From NCBI GenBank assembly GCA_951406725.2, contig OX597827.1, forward strand, positions 73,966,001 through 74,030,000: DNA of 64,000 nucleotides. The letters run 5' to 3'. A program made the position numbers and the translations under genes. The notes under the pieces are model-generated. The model was not told the DNA's origin and made no database searches. It saw nothing but the letters and a program-made list of their open reading frames with translations. This DNA comes from Octopus vulgaris (Eukaryota). Shown piece by piece: positions 26,316-40,095 of the stretch (its first letter is position 1; the number at the start of each line of letters is the position of its first letter).

Positions 26316-26631
26316 AGACAACGTAAAAGTACTACCTGCTTTTATATCAAGTTGATACAATCAGTTTATCCCATCCCCCACCGACTGATTTTTTATGAAA
26401 ATTTAGTTTATAAATGTTAAGTGTTTGTCTTATAACTGCTATCTTCCATCTGGTACTTTGGGATGATACAAACTTGGTATATTTTATGTATATACTACAT
26501 TTTTATTATTGTTATGTACAGAAAAGTGGAGCTATAGAAATATGTCACTTATTCAGAAAATACGCTTTCAAATTATATTAAAAAGAAACAACTTTGTACT
26601 AATTATTAATTCAGGCTTCTATATTTTTCAG

Positions 26632-26889
26632 TTAATATTGCTGAAGGTAAACAAACAAATCAATCAAGTACTTATGGAGAGAAAGGAACACTAGTTTTCT
26701 TTAATGGAACATGTATGGACAGGAATGTAGGCATGACATCCGACAAGGCGGTTGACGGCAATTTTGATCCTGGAGTCATACATAAATCATGTACACTTAC
26801 TAAGATAGAAAAAGACCCATATTGGCAAGTGACGTTTGATAAGCCATACAAGATATCTCACCTGAGAATATACAATCGAATGGGAAACC
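26632..26889 (+). CDS. Host-gene exon: N-terminal half of F-type lectin (FTP/fucolectin) domain
   Basis: tttttcAG acceptor and C|GTAAGT donor; 258 bp, phase 1-1; NIAEGKQTNQSST...KAVDGN...SCTLT...PYWQVTF...I...IYNR matches the F-type lectin consensus. Confidence 0.9.
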
Positions 26890-27439
26890 GTAAGTATTGT
26901 TTAAAATGCTATTCCCGTTATTGTTGTTACTTAGTCTCATTTAGACCTGATTAAGCAGGACGATGACCAAGGGGGTTCCAACTGTGACCATCCTATCTTT
27001 TTTAAGACGGTGATGTGTGGTTTGACGGGAAGGTCAGTGTTGCTATTTTTAACAGTTCCAGCGGCACGTTACAAGCCCTGTCGGTTCAAATTAAGTTTGT
27101 TCATTTGCGTTCAAATAGTGTATATAATTATTATACAGTTAATTGAAAGAACATTTTAATAGTTGGTGAAATTTGAACTGTTTCCTCTCCACTACTAATT
27201 CTTTGAGAATGGAAAAAAATTTTTGTTTACATTTTACTTTGAACTTAAGAAGAGACAAACCCTATGATTGGTAGAAACTTGTATTGATTTAATAATATTG
27301 TGGCTGATCTATATTTGAGGGATGAGAAATGATGTACATTATTTACATTTCACGGATATTTGTACGCATCTTGTTTGCTGTTAACACAACGTTTCGGGGT
27401 TTTCATTTTGGGGTATTTTACCGATGTTGTTGTTGTTGT

Positions 27440-27440
27440 T

Positions 27441-27507
<67 letters not shown>

Positions 27508-27510
27508 GGG
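27440..27510. repeat. (TTA)n microsatellite
   Basis: Direct reading. Confidence 0.95.
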
Positions 27511-27554
27511 TCACTGCCTAGATTCGAACTTCGAATCTTGGGGATAGTAGCCCG

Positions 27555-27635
27555 CGCTCTTAACCTAAAGGAACATCGCAAAGCTGTGACACGAGGAGAT
27601 ATTGACAAATCGGGTATAGCTGATCATGTATAGAA
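27555..27635 (+). mobile_element. Small Penelope GIY-YIG fragment
   Basis: LKEHRKAVTRGDIDKSGIADHV. Confidence 0.55.
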
Positions 27636-27689
27636 AAATTCGGAGACCACCTCCGCTTGGTTCTGCATACGAAATAATCCACCACTATC

Positions 27690-28200
27690 TTTCCTTCTGT
27701 AAAGTTTGTGCAAGATGGATGCATAGGTGCAATCGTATGGAGATCTGCCAACGCTTATTCAACCGCTATAACGACGAAGACGAAGCTTTTATGGAGAGAA
27801 TAACCACAAGAAATGAAACCTCGGTCTGTCACTTTAAACAAGTATCCAGGAGGCATAATATGGAGCGAAAACGAAATTTAGGATTCAACCTTCTGCAAAA
27901 TAACAGATGCTGACCTGTTCTTGGGACGCAAGAATACTTGTATTGGGACATTACTTGGAAAAGAAAGATGTACAGTCACCTGTGTAGGCGACAGAGAAAT
28001 GCTACCCAGTAATGTGAGACCGAAACCATCTATTTGCAACAAATACCCAGGTCTATGAACACCGTCGAATCCATTGAAACATTGGGCTTCGAGTTACTGC
28101 AACACACTGCATACAGTCCAGATCACGCCCCTTCCAACATTAATTCTTTGGACCACTCAAACATCCTTTATGTGGTCGTCAAGTTGCTATGGAGGAACGA
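27690..28200 (+). mobile_element. Degenerate mariner transposase remnant
   Basis: KVCARWM..RMEICQRLFNRY...RITTRNETSVCH (cf. WVP, TGDETWVH) and LLQHTAYSPDHAPS (cf. HPPYSPDLAPS). Confidence 0.75.
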
Positions 28201-28296
28201 GTACCCTCTTTTACGCACACACGCATGCGCGCGTGCACAGGCACATATATGTATATATATGAATGAACGTATGCATACATATACATGTATGTACAT

Positions 28297-28382
<86 letters not shown>

Positions 28383-28469
28383 TTGATTTTGATTTTGATT
28401 TTTCCAGTTTCAGCTAATGAGCTGTGGTCATGCTGGGGGCACCGCCATTTGGTTTGCTACACGGTTTTA

Positions 28470-31400
28470 CCTCACGGATGCTTTTTAGCAAACGCCATCT
28501 GATGCATGAGAGAGTTCAAAGCAGCTGCCCTCATCTGCACCTCCTACCGTGAAGTTGGTTCATCCGGGACACCTGACAGGAAGAGATCCAGTCCTACTTT
28601 AAAGACATCCGCATCTACACCATGCAGGTCCCTCAGGTTCTTCGGGAGGATATTGAAGAGCCGTGGGCCTCTGAAGCCCAGGCTATCACAATATCTTGTC
28701 CTACATCATGATGGCAAATTTGGAGTCCTTGGTACTACGCAGTGGCGTCCGGTTCTGGCATTTGTGTGACTCTCGATGCCAAAGTCTGGGACAAGACCTT
28801 CCAGGATCTTCCAGATATATATTATGGCATATCTTTCTCGCCTACACTCCAGGGAATAGAGCTTTAATCTCTTGAGTCTCTCCCAGTAGCTCATATGCTG
28901 CACAGAGGCTATCTTCTTCGTGTAGCTTCGTTGGATCGCCTCAAGTTCTGTGATCAACTTGACACTGGATGGTGACCATAGCTGAGAGCAATAGTCAAAG
29001 TGGCTTAGGACAAGTGTCTTCCAGAGGACCATCATGGTTTCTTGTTCTCTTGTTCTAAAGGTTCTAAGAATCCAGCCAGTCAGCCGTCTACATTTCATTG
29101 TCAGTTTAGCAACATGTACATGAAAGGTCGCGTCATCACTCATGTGAATACCCAGGTCACGCACTGATTGTGCCTCTGGGATTGCAATCCCTCCGGGTCC
29201 AGTGTATTCATTGGGTATTGCATTCAGTTTTGCATGCTGATAGTATAAAGCTTGAAACTTTTCAGCATTGAACTGCATGCTATTCTTTTCAGCCCACTTG
29301 TATATTTCGTCCAGCTCACATTGCAGGTGCTTAGTGTCTTCAGGGTTCTGTATTGCCTGTGAAACTTTTGTATCATCTGCATAACTTGTGATCGTGGCTC
29401 TCTGCGTGGCTGAGGGCATGTCTGAGAGGACCATTATGAACAGTAGTGGTCCCAAAACAGTGCCATGCGGAACACCGCTCACTATTTGCGTGCTAATGGA
29501 AGTGGCCCCATTGGCTGCTACCACCTGACTTCTATTCTTCAGAAAGTCATGAAGCCATTCTCCTAGTTTTCCAACTATGCCAAGATCACGCAGTTTGTGA
29601 CATATCATTCCATGATCGACTTTATCGAAGGCCTTTGCGAAGTCGAGATATATGACTTCCACATTTGAGTGGTTGAGCAGTTGTTTCAGCACCCAGTCAT
29701 AGTGCTGCAGGAGCTGAGTTAAGCAGCTTCTTCCTGGTCGGAAACCATGTTGGGTGTCAGGCAGCAAGTCATTTTCTTCAAGGAAGGTGATTAGTTTCCT
29801 TCTGACTATTCGTTCCATGACCTTGCTGATGTGTGAGGTGAGAGAGATAGGTCTGTAGTTCTTGGCCTCCGCTCTGCTACCTCCTTTGTGAATAGGGCAT
29901 ATTTTACCTTCCTCCAGTTTTCTTGGAAGTTTGCCAGCCGCAAGGAAGCTCTGAAAGAGGAACTGCAGTGGTCTTGCTAGGACTCTCTTACATACTTTTA
30001 GGAGGATTGCCGGGAATCCATCGGGGCCAATAGCTGAGTCTGTTTTCATTTCATCTATAGCCTTTATTACATCGTCTTCCTTTAAAAATGTGAATTTTTA
30101 ATTATTTTCTGAGATTTTACAAAAACAACAAAAATATTTTTTAATTTTTGTAATTTTGTAATTTTTGTAATCGATGTAATTTATCGTCGCCGCCTCTGAT
30201 TCTATATCTGCAGTGGTAAAGAAGTCAGTTGGATTGCTGATTTGGAAATGCCCAAGGGGTGGAGTGAAAACACTCTTGAATTGTTCATTCAGTATTTCAC
30301 TTACCCTCATTGGTTTTCCTGTGAGTGTGCCATCCTTTTCAAGGAGTGGTCCTATCCTACAGTGCATCGTAGCTGTTTCTTTGGCATACCTGTAGAAAGC
30401 TCTGGGGTTAGTTTTTATGTTGTCTATAGCCCAGGCTTCTTTGTCTGCTCTTTCCTTCTCATGGGAGAGTTGCAGACAATTTTCAATTTCCAACAGTTTT
30501 ATTTTCAGGCGGGACTTTTCACTGCTTTCAATTTGTTTGTTTAGGCGATTTGAAATTTTTGTACGCCGTCTCATAAAAATTTTCCTCTCTCTGGGGATTT
30601 TGTTCTTGTGTACAGTGGCCTTTCTCTCTGGGACACATTTGTAGCATATGGCTTGCATTACAGACATGAATTGTTGAAGTATCATGTCGATGTCCGGCGA
30701 GGAGAGACATTCAGGCCAGTTTTGTTTGAGGATCTCTTTCTCAATTTGTTTCCAGTTTGCCTTATTGAAGTTCAAGCTAGAAAGATTCTGAGGGTTTCTT
30801 GTAGGCTGCATGTCCGTGCTCTCTTTTGGCCCGTACATGGTCAGCTCTACCATGTTGTGATCCGAGAGTAGTGTCGGTGTCACTTTCACATTATGGATGA
30901 GATCCATATTATTTGTGAAGCAGAGATCCAGTGTGTTACCTGCCCTGGTTGGTTGGAGTATTACTTGCTCCATGTACAGGGTGTTGATGAGGTTCAGGAA
31001 GGACCTCGCCTGTCCTCGTTCACATCTTGTCATTCCTGGGAGAGAAAGGCCCTCGGGCCATCTGACATTGGGTAGATTGAAGTCTCCCATGAGAAGTACA
31101 CTTATGTGTTGTTCTAATGTGATTAGAACTTCTTCTATTTTTAAAAGGCAGTCCTCAAACTTGCCCATATGGCTTGGGGCATCTGGAGGGCGATATGTAG
31201 CACACACAACTACATCAAGTTGCCTTATGTGTACAATTAGTGTGTCACACACCGAGTTTGAGTATGACAAAAGGACCTGGGGTGTGAGGTCCTCACGGAT
31301 GTACATAGCAACTCCTCCATGACTCCTTTCGTTTCTGTCGGTCCGTAGTACAACATACTGTGGTATGTGTAGTTCCGCATCTGCTATGTCCGGTTTCAGG

Positions 31401-31552
31401 TGCGTTTCCGTGAGTGCTATGCATAAGGCTTGATTGCATGCGACAAAGTCTCTCAAGAACGGGACTTTTGTCCTGTTACTGTGTGTTAGTAGTCCTCTGA
31501 TGTTCAGTAGGAGCATCGAGGTGAGGTGTATGCTGTTACCGGTGGTGTCCAC
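28470..31552 (-). pseudogene. LINE ORF2 (APE endonuclease + reverse transcriptase), inactivated by an AT-rich insert with a stop (about 30085-30169) and in-frame stops near 28706 and 28545
   Basis: LNIRGL, LTETHL, YRPP, GDFN, LDL, SDH; NYRPISLTS, QHGFRPG, YLDFAKAFDKV, GVPHGTVLGPLLF, YADD; both track ORFs are in the same frame. Confidence 0.93.
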
Positions 31553-31594
31553 CCTGGGTCCATCTGCTGTGGCGGTCTTGTGAACTGTGGGTAG

Positions 31595-32392
31595 TTACAT
31601 CTGCGAGCTTGAGTTTGATGGAGCCAGGTTAGCTGATGTACAATCTTTTGTGCCATGCACAAAAAGATTCTTGCTCAGCAGCTGCCCTTTCAACAACACG
31701 TTGGTGGTTTGTGGCACGCACCACATCTGCGTACCTCCGTTTTGGGGCAGGTGATGCGTGGTCCATCCCATTTCCTTCGGTGGTTGGTTTCTGCGGCAGG
31801 GTCCCGGATGTGCAAAACGGCAGCCTGCACCTTCCTCTCCATGCCGGAAGGCACCTTTCAGGTAGAACCTACATACCCGTGTGCGCTGCTTGTTTCCATC
31901 CTTTTTGGCATATGGATAGTTAGGTTTGCCTCTATCCCTGGCTGCCTTGCCCCTTGGCTTTGTCTGAGTTTTAGCTTCAGTTTTTCCTCCTTTTTTGGTT
32001 CTTTCATCTCCATGTCCATGGCTTTTGGTGCCGGTAGGAGCATCCGCACCTGGGTTCACCTCCCGGGCAGGCCTCTCACTGGAGTTTTCTTCCTGGGCGT
32101 CTACCAGGTGGGGGTGACCCTCCTCATCAGCGCCCGCGTCTCCATCCTTGCCATCTTTACTTTGTTCGCGTTTTTCGCTGTCAAAAATGGCATCCAGCGT
32201 GTTAATGTGCGATCTGACAAGTGCGTAGGAGCGTATAAATTCTTGCTTCTTCCGCTCTATTTGAGCTGACGTCCTTTTGTATCCGTTGTTCTTCAGCGCA
32301 GCCGTAATTATGTTATTTGGGTTTTCTCCGTCAGCGCATTGCCATCCTCGCAGGAACCACGCCAATTCGTCACGTTTCCAGGTTCTGGACAT
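31595..32392 (-). CDS. LINE ORF1 (265 aa): Myb/SANT-trihelix-like N-terminus and CCCH-like zinc finger
   Basis: Directly upstream of ORF2 on the same strand; TWKRDEL...GYKRTSAQIERKKQE; CRFYLKGAFRHGEEGAGCRFAH. Confidence 0.7.
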   Translation of the reverse strand: MSRTWKRDELAWFLRGWQCADGENPNNIITAALKNNGYKRTSAQIERKKQEFIRSYALVRSHINTLDAIFDSEKREQSKDGKDGDAGADEEGHPHLVDAQEENSSERPAREVNPGADAPTGTKSHGHGDERTKKGGKTEAKTQTKPRGKAARDRGKPNYPYAKKDGNKQRTRVCRFYLKGAFRHGEEGAGCRFAHPGPCRRNQPPKEMGWTTHHLPQNGGTQMWCVPQTTNVLLKGQLLSKNLFVHGTKDCTSANLAPSNSSSQM

Positions 32393-32849
32393 TCTTGATA
32401 TTTTATCTATCTATCTATCTATCTAATAATATTAATTTATATTAATCTAATATTGCAATAGGGGGTAGGGAGGAAATAGAGAAAGAGAGCGTCTATGTAC
32501 TTAAGGAGAGATTGGGAGCCAAAAGAAGAGAGTAAGAGAGAAGAGGAAGAGGAGAGACTGAGAAGGAAGAGAGAGAAAGCGTCTATGTCCTTAGAGAGAG
32601 ATTGAGAGCTGAGAGAGGAGAGTAAGGTAGAAGAGAGTAATGAAGAGACAAGGAGAAGCGTGAGGGAGCGAACTGAAGAGACAGAGAGAGAGGGAAGAAA
32701 TAGAGAAAGAATATATATATCTGAAAGAGGAGAGTAAGATATATATATCTGAAAGAGGAGAGTAAGATAGAAGAGAGTAATGAAGAGACAAGGAGAAGCG
32801 TGAGGGAGAGAACTGAAGAGACAGACAGAGAGGGAAGAATTCTATACGA

Positions 32850-33500
32850 AGCTATTTGTACACACACATACACATGTATACATACATATACATACACATA
32901 TATACACACGTGTGCACATGCACATATATAAACAAGAGTGACAAATGAGTATATAAAGAAACAATAATAATAATAATAAAACAGCTAAAAGAAAACAAGC
33001 CAAGAGATTTTACAGAATTTAAGCAGAGAAAAAGGGAAAAGGAAATATATATTTGTCCGTCGCTACAGACGATGTCTTCTAAAATAAAACTAATTGCGAC
33101 TATACTTCTAACACACACATATACATATACATACAGATATATATATACACATGTGCGCATACACACATATAAACAGAGTAACAAATAATATATATAGAAT
33201 AGATATAACGGAATTAACGGTAAAATAAAACTAATTGCGACTATACTTCTAACATGCACATATACATATACATACAGATATATGCACACATGTGCGCACA
33301 CACATATATAAACAGAGTAACAAATAATATATATAGAATAGATATAACGGAATTAACGGTAAAATAAAACTAATTGCGACTATACTTCTAACATACACAT
33401 ATACATATACATACAGATATATACACACATGTGCGCACACACATATATAAACAGAGTAACAAATAATATATATAGAATAGATATAACGGAATTTACGGTA
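32850..33500. repeat. About 140-bp tandem repeat (3 full copies plus partial) in LINE 5' region
   Basis: aaaataaaactaattgcgactatacttctaac at about 33081, 33222 and 33361. Confidence 0.9.
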
Positions 33501-33913
33501 AAACAAGAATTTACGATAGGTTATTGCGGAAATATAAACAAGAATTCGAGTACTTATCTTATTAAAGGTATACGAAGAGGTTTTTTTTTCAAGGGAAGAA
33601 AAAGAAAACGGTTCCTTTTGCTATTTGAGTCGACTGGAAATAAATTTAGAAGATTCCACCATGTACTTTTTCGACAGGAAGAAATCTTGTATGTGTTGCG
33701 AGCACAAGTGAACAATACTTGACTTGTGGCAAAATATATTGCGGTTTTTAAACAAAATATCCAAGTACACGTCTATAAGGTAACAATTTCTACGTTTTTT
33801 GTGAGTGTTCGCCAAATTATTTCGTCGACTTTTATGCAACCCTTCTTGTTTTTTATCGCAGAGCAAGACAACACGTGTTTACTCTACGAAGCCGGAAGTA
33901 TATATATATATAT

Positions 33914-34160
33914 ATATTAGAAGAAATAAAATACTCAGAAATCTGGTTGGTTTTATATTTACAGATTTTTTATTAATATGTCACATGATTTTATAACTCA
34001 TATAGAGCGCTTGCATCCACTCTACTGGATTCTTCAGATTCTGAAGAATCCGGTAGAGTTGATGCAAGCGCTAATATATCATTTATAAAAACATGTGACA
34101 TATTACTAGAGTTCGTAAATATATAACCAAGCAGATTTCTGAGTACCTTCTTCTAATATA
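33914..34160. repeat. About 245-bp imperfect palindrome between (TA)n tracts
   Basis: agcgcttgcatccactctactggattcttcaga-t-tctgaagaatccggtagagttgatgcaagcgct at the centre; arms extend to tattagaaga/tcttctaata. Confidence 0.85.
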
Positions 34161-34200
34161 CAATACCTGTACATCACCTCCAAACCTTCAAATATATATA

Positions 34201-34258
<58 letters not shown>

Positions 34259-34803
34259 CATCATTTACTGTTTCTACTTAAAACCACATGGTGAATTTAG
34301 CAACACCACCCCTATCCGAACCGTTATTGTGCTGATGACGAAAAATATCATAGAAAAGGCGAAACAAAGATATTGCTTTGTGGTGAGTGGGAATGCTAAA
34401 TCTTCTTGTTCGAAAATATAAGGAGACAGATTGTGTGTCAGCTGGAGACGATGAGCAATAATATTCATCCTAGACAACAATTCTATGTCATGTTGGGAAA
34501 TAAGGAAATAATCTTTAAGATATATATCTGTGTGTGTGTCTGTGTTTGTATGTATCTATCTATATATATATATATATGAATGGTATTGGTATCTAGAAGA
34601 CCCAAAGAGTGGCAGGTAACACTATGTAAGTGTTATAGACGGACCATAGTTAAACTCTTGTTTCGTTAGTGATACGAGTGGGGAGCTTAATATCGGTCTT
34701 GTATAAGTACATATATATATATATATATAAGACAAAAAGAGGTAACAAAGCCAATGCAGTAAAACGTTTTCATGATATTTATAAGGAACGAGATATAGAC
34801 ATA

Positions 34804-34851
34804 GTCTAACAGCTGTTTCTGGTATATTATGGATATCCCTTCATCAGAGAC
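34804..34851 (-). ncRNA. Hammerhead ribozyme motif with intact core in a Penelope-like 3' terminus
   Basis: Minus strand: gtct-CTGATGA-agggatat...atatacca-GAAA-cagctg-TT-agac; stem I gtct/agac; palindromic stem III acagctgt. Confidence 0.65.
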
Positions 34852-35704
34852 GATGAAATGGTTAAATAAAGGTAAATGTTTGAGTTCGAAATAAGGAATT
34901 ATTATGGAAAATGAGGAGATAGGGAATATACAGGAAAATAAGAGAATGAAAGTAGAAATATAATATAAAACAGTGTAGTTGCACTTCTATTAGTTGATTA
35001 AAAGGGTGTATAGAAGGGGTAAAAAAGTTTCATGTACATGGTATGTAAGTCCCAATAGTAGTTTATGATTAGTCATTTCTAAATATATAGAGCCGTGGAT
35101 TCTGTCTTGCCCATTCGAATGTGTGAAGGAAAATTTGGGAATGTAGTATTTGCAGACAGATGGGGCTGGGAGAGATGTGTGTAATAAGAATGAGGAGATA
35201 GGTCAAAATGAAGACAGGAAGAGAAAATAAGAGGAAAAGAAAAAAAAGAAAAAAGACAAAAACTTATAATAAAAAGAGAAGAAAAAAGTGAAAAGTGTGA
35301 AACAAGAAAAGAAAAGAAAGAGAAGAAAAGGTGAAAGAAGTGAGAAAGGATTGTTAGTTGGTGATAATGTGAGGGAGTGGGAGAGGAGAAGGAGAGGTGT
35401 AGATAGGAAGGGACGAGAAGGTAAGGAGTGAATAAGTGTGAGATATGTGAGTAGGGGTGATATCATAGAGCTTTATTTAGGTATGGGTAGAGAAAAGGTA
35501 TAGGTAGGGGTGATACCAAAGTAATTGGTAGTTTTAGCAGTAAAAGTTAAAATAGAGGGAAGAATACAAGTATGTCAAATTTCTATAAATAGAAGTATGT
35601 GATAGGTAGGAATCAGAGGAGGAAGAAGGGTACAATGATATACGTACGCGCGCAGATACGTATATATACATGTGCGCATATGCATAAATACACACACACA
35701 CACA

Positions 35705-35745
<41 letters not shown>

Positions 35746-36429
35746 TGTTCTGTCTGGGAAGAATCATTCTCTTTTAGTGCTTTATAATTTATCACCGGTA
35801 AAATTTCCACCCATTTACTTATTTATTTTTCTAACATTTTCGTTGCGTCTAGCAACCTGTTGCTTAAGGCAGACACAACAGAAAATGCTTCAACACACGA
35901 TAGAATGAATTTAAAATACACTTTATGTACGAACCATAAAAATCACAACAACTTAGTTTCTTCCGCTTATTTTGGCATTTATCTTATTTTATGTCTCGTC
36001 TCAATCAACATTCGCTAGAGAAGTGTTCAATATTTATAAGTTGAAATTATTATTCGAGTCAGAAGAAACAGTTAATACTCGTCACACATCTTTCACACTA
36101 AAAATAAAATGAGACATGGATTATGCAATTCTCAACAGTTATTAGCTGAGCTACCAACTGTATATCTAAATAGCATGTTTCGTCCGATGTTCTCACTGTT
36201 AAAATTCTTTGAAACCAGGTAGTTCTTTGTCTTGGCAATCACCTTCAATTGTCAGTACATATTTGAACACGTTAGACCTGAAAATACATAAATTTGAGAA
36301 CCGGTCTGTGGGCGCTCCTATCCTCTTAATAAGTACATTTAGCCAGAATTCTATCAGATGACTTGAGTATAAACAAATATATTGAAAAAATTTAGAAATC
36401 AATCACAGTTTAATTATCTAGAGCTTCTA

Positions 36430-37790
36430 AATATACGATATTTTGAGTGTGTCCATTAATTGGAGTATAAATGGAAAGATTTTGGGTACTTCCAACTCGC
36501 TAACATCCTACATATAATTCCCCATTAGAGAAGCAAGGAGATGCAAGATGAAATCCAACAACCTTGAGAGATTGTCCTCAAGACTTGTTTATTGACATAG
36601 TGAAACTTAGTTTCACTGGGAACTGGAACCGTTTAAATTCAAAGGGGAGGTCATATGGGATTAACAGAATCCGTGGAGTGAAGACATTCTCACCCTTATA
36701 CTTCTCTGTCATAATTGGTGACTCTAGGACATGGGGTCGTATCGCTTTCACTACTAGGGTGGTACCATTGCAAAGACTAAGTAGCTCCATATTCCTGAGA
36801 AGCATGATTGGAGCCTCCTTTTAAGTGTAAAGTGGTGAAGTGGCATTCCAGATGGCTGTAGAGAGTTCAAGACCTCATCTGGAAAACCTACAGCCTGCTC
36901 TTGATCAATGCAGTGTCGAGGGATTTGAATGATTGCTCTTGTCTTGGCAACAGCCGGAAGAGATCCCAGTTGATTTTGTCGACAACATCATTACGTGGAT
37001 GGTTCGCTCACAGATCCATTGACTGTTGCTAAAATGTTTGCAATGCTTGGGAGCACATGCATTATGGGATCATTGATTGTTGGTACCATCTCACCACAGG
37101 GTAGCCGGTGTTGTTGCATTTGGTTGGCATATGGTAGTTGCCCATTCCCTGTCTTCAGAAGCTGGTGTGAAAACAACCCGGCAGTTTGATTACCAAATAA
37201 TTGGGCCCTCATCTGAACTGCCAGGTGCAGTTTAGTCATCTGGCTCCACAGTTAAGAGTCAGGCCTGTAGTTCATCTGCTTTTGTACCTTTTGGGATCAC
37301 AGGGAAAGTTTGTCTGAAATCTCCAACCAAAACTACAGTGACTCCACCTATGACAATGTCCTTTCTTCTGAAATCTCTTAGGCTCCGGTCAACAGCCTCA
37401 AGTGCCCCACGGTGAGATATGGTGCATTCATCCCAGACAACCAAGCACGTCTGCTGCAAGACACCTTGGCCTTTGAGGATGTCTTAGAAATGTTGCAAAT
37501 TGGAGTCTCTATCCTAAGTAAATTTAAGGGCACCTTGGAAGTAGAATGAGCTGTTCGTCTCACTGACAAGAGAGTGGCTGCTGTTCATGAAGATGCTACC
37601 GCCAATGCAATGCACCCATCTAGACTGACATTTGCTAGCAAAAGGTTTATCAAAAACGTCTTGCCAGTAACCTCAGGAGCATCCAAAAAGAACAGGCCAC
37701 TGTTTTCCTCCCTGAGTCATTGGAATGATGCAATTGTAAGCTGTCCGTTGTTCAGTCAAAAGCTTTGACTCATTCTCTGTTACATACTGA
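36430..37790 (-). mobile_element. Helitron Rep/Hel helicase remnant
   Basis: FFLDAPEVTGKTF, RTAHS, VVWDECT, GDFRQTFPV, MLLRN...LCNGT, PRI, RFQFPVKLSFTMSINKS. Confidence 0.88.
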
Positions 37791-38008
37791 GTGTAATGTT
37801 GAGGGACGTCTTTGTACAAAAGAGTCGAAACAAATGCTAAAGAAAACTCAAAGAAAAACAGTCAATGTAGTTGGACCAGGAGCTCCGTGAAATATCAATA
37901 AGGCAATTTGTTTCAAAAATATGCAAAATATGTATTGGAAAATCAATGTACAATATAGAGCACCACAAATTTTGAAACCATTATTATTATCATCACCGTA
38001 ACTATAAC

Positions 38009-38064
<56 letters not shown>

Positions 38065-38065
<1 letters not shown>

Positions 38066-38595
38066 GTTTTTTCCTTCTTTCTTCAAATTTTCTTCCGTTT
38101 CTCGCCGAGTGTTTTCCATACACCTAGGGCAGAGAAGAGCATTGTATGCATTCCCAGATTACACGCGCAAATTCACAGATAACATATGTATGTAAAAATT
38201 AATAAATAAAGAAATTCAAGGATGGATGTTATTTTCACAGCGTTAGTGCTCTTCTCAGTAGATGAGCCGTTCCAGTTAATACGATGTTTTTGCACTTCCT
38301 GTAGGGATGGTAAACCTGGAATCATCTTCAAATAGGTTTCAGTGCCTTTTTTTAATCATTCCTAGAGATCCCACAATCACTGGTACTGTAGTCGCCCTGA
38401 GATGCCACATTTTTTTCAATTTCCATTAGCAGGTATTATATTTACTAATCTTGTCAAATTCTTTCGCCGCTATATAGTGATCACAGGGAATACTCATGTC
38501 AATTAATAAACACATACTTTTTGTCTGATCTTTTATAATGATATCCGGTTTATTGGCTTTTATAGTCCTGTTGGTCTGCACGGAGAAGTCATAAT
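38065..38595 (-). mobile_element. 5'-truncated Dong/R4-clade LINE (restriction-like endonuclease C-terminus) embedded in (TAA)n
   Basis: DFSVQTNRTIKANKPDIII...LLIDMSIP...KISKY...VPVIVGSLG; (TTA)n on both sides. Confidence 0.88.
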
Positions 38596-38599
38596 TGGT

Positions 38600-40095
<1,496 letters not shown>

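Larger units (their letters stand above)
28380..33899 (-). mobile_element. Near-full-length CR1/L2-group LINE (about 5.5 kb) inserted in (TA)n: repetitive 5' UTR, ORF1, ORF2 (APE-RT), (AAAATC)n tail
   Basis: (TA)n on both sides; ORF1 31595-32392; ORF2 31552 to about 28470; 5' boundary less certain. Confidence 0.85.

Noticed and set aside
31636-32269. Plus-strand ORFs of 95-204 aa over the LINE
   Set aside because: Antisense shadows of LINE ORF1 with no independent support
33081-33500. Regularly spaced repeats resembling a CRISPR array
   Set aside because: The whole 140-bp unit repeats with no unique spacers; eukaryotic context and no cas genes
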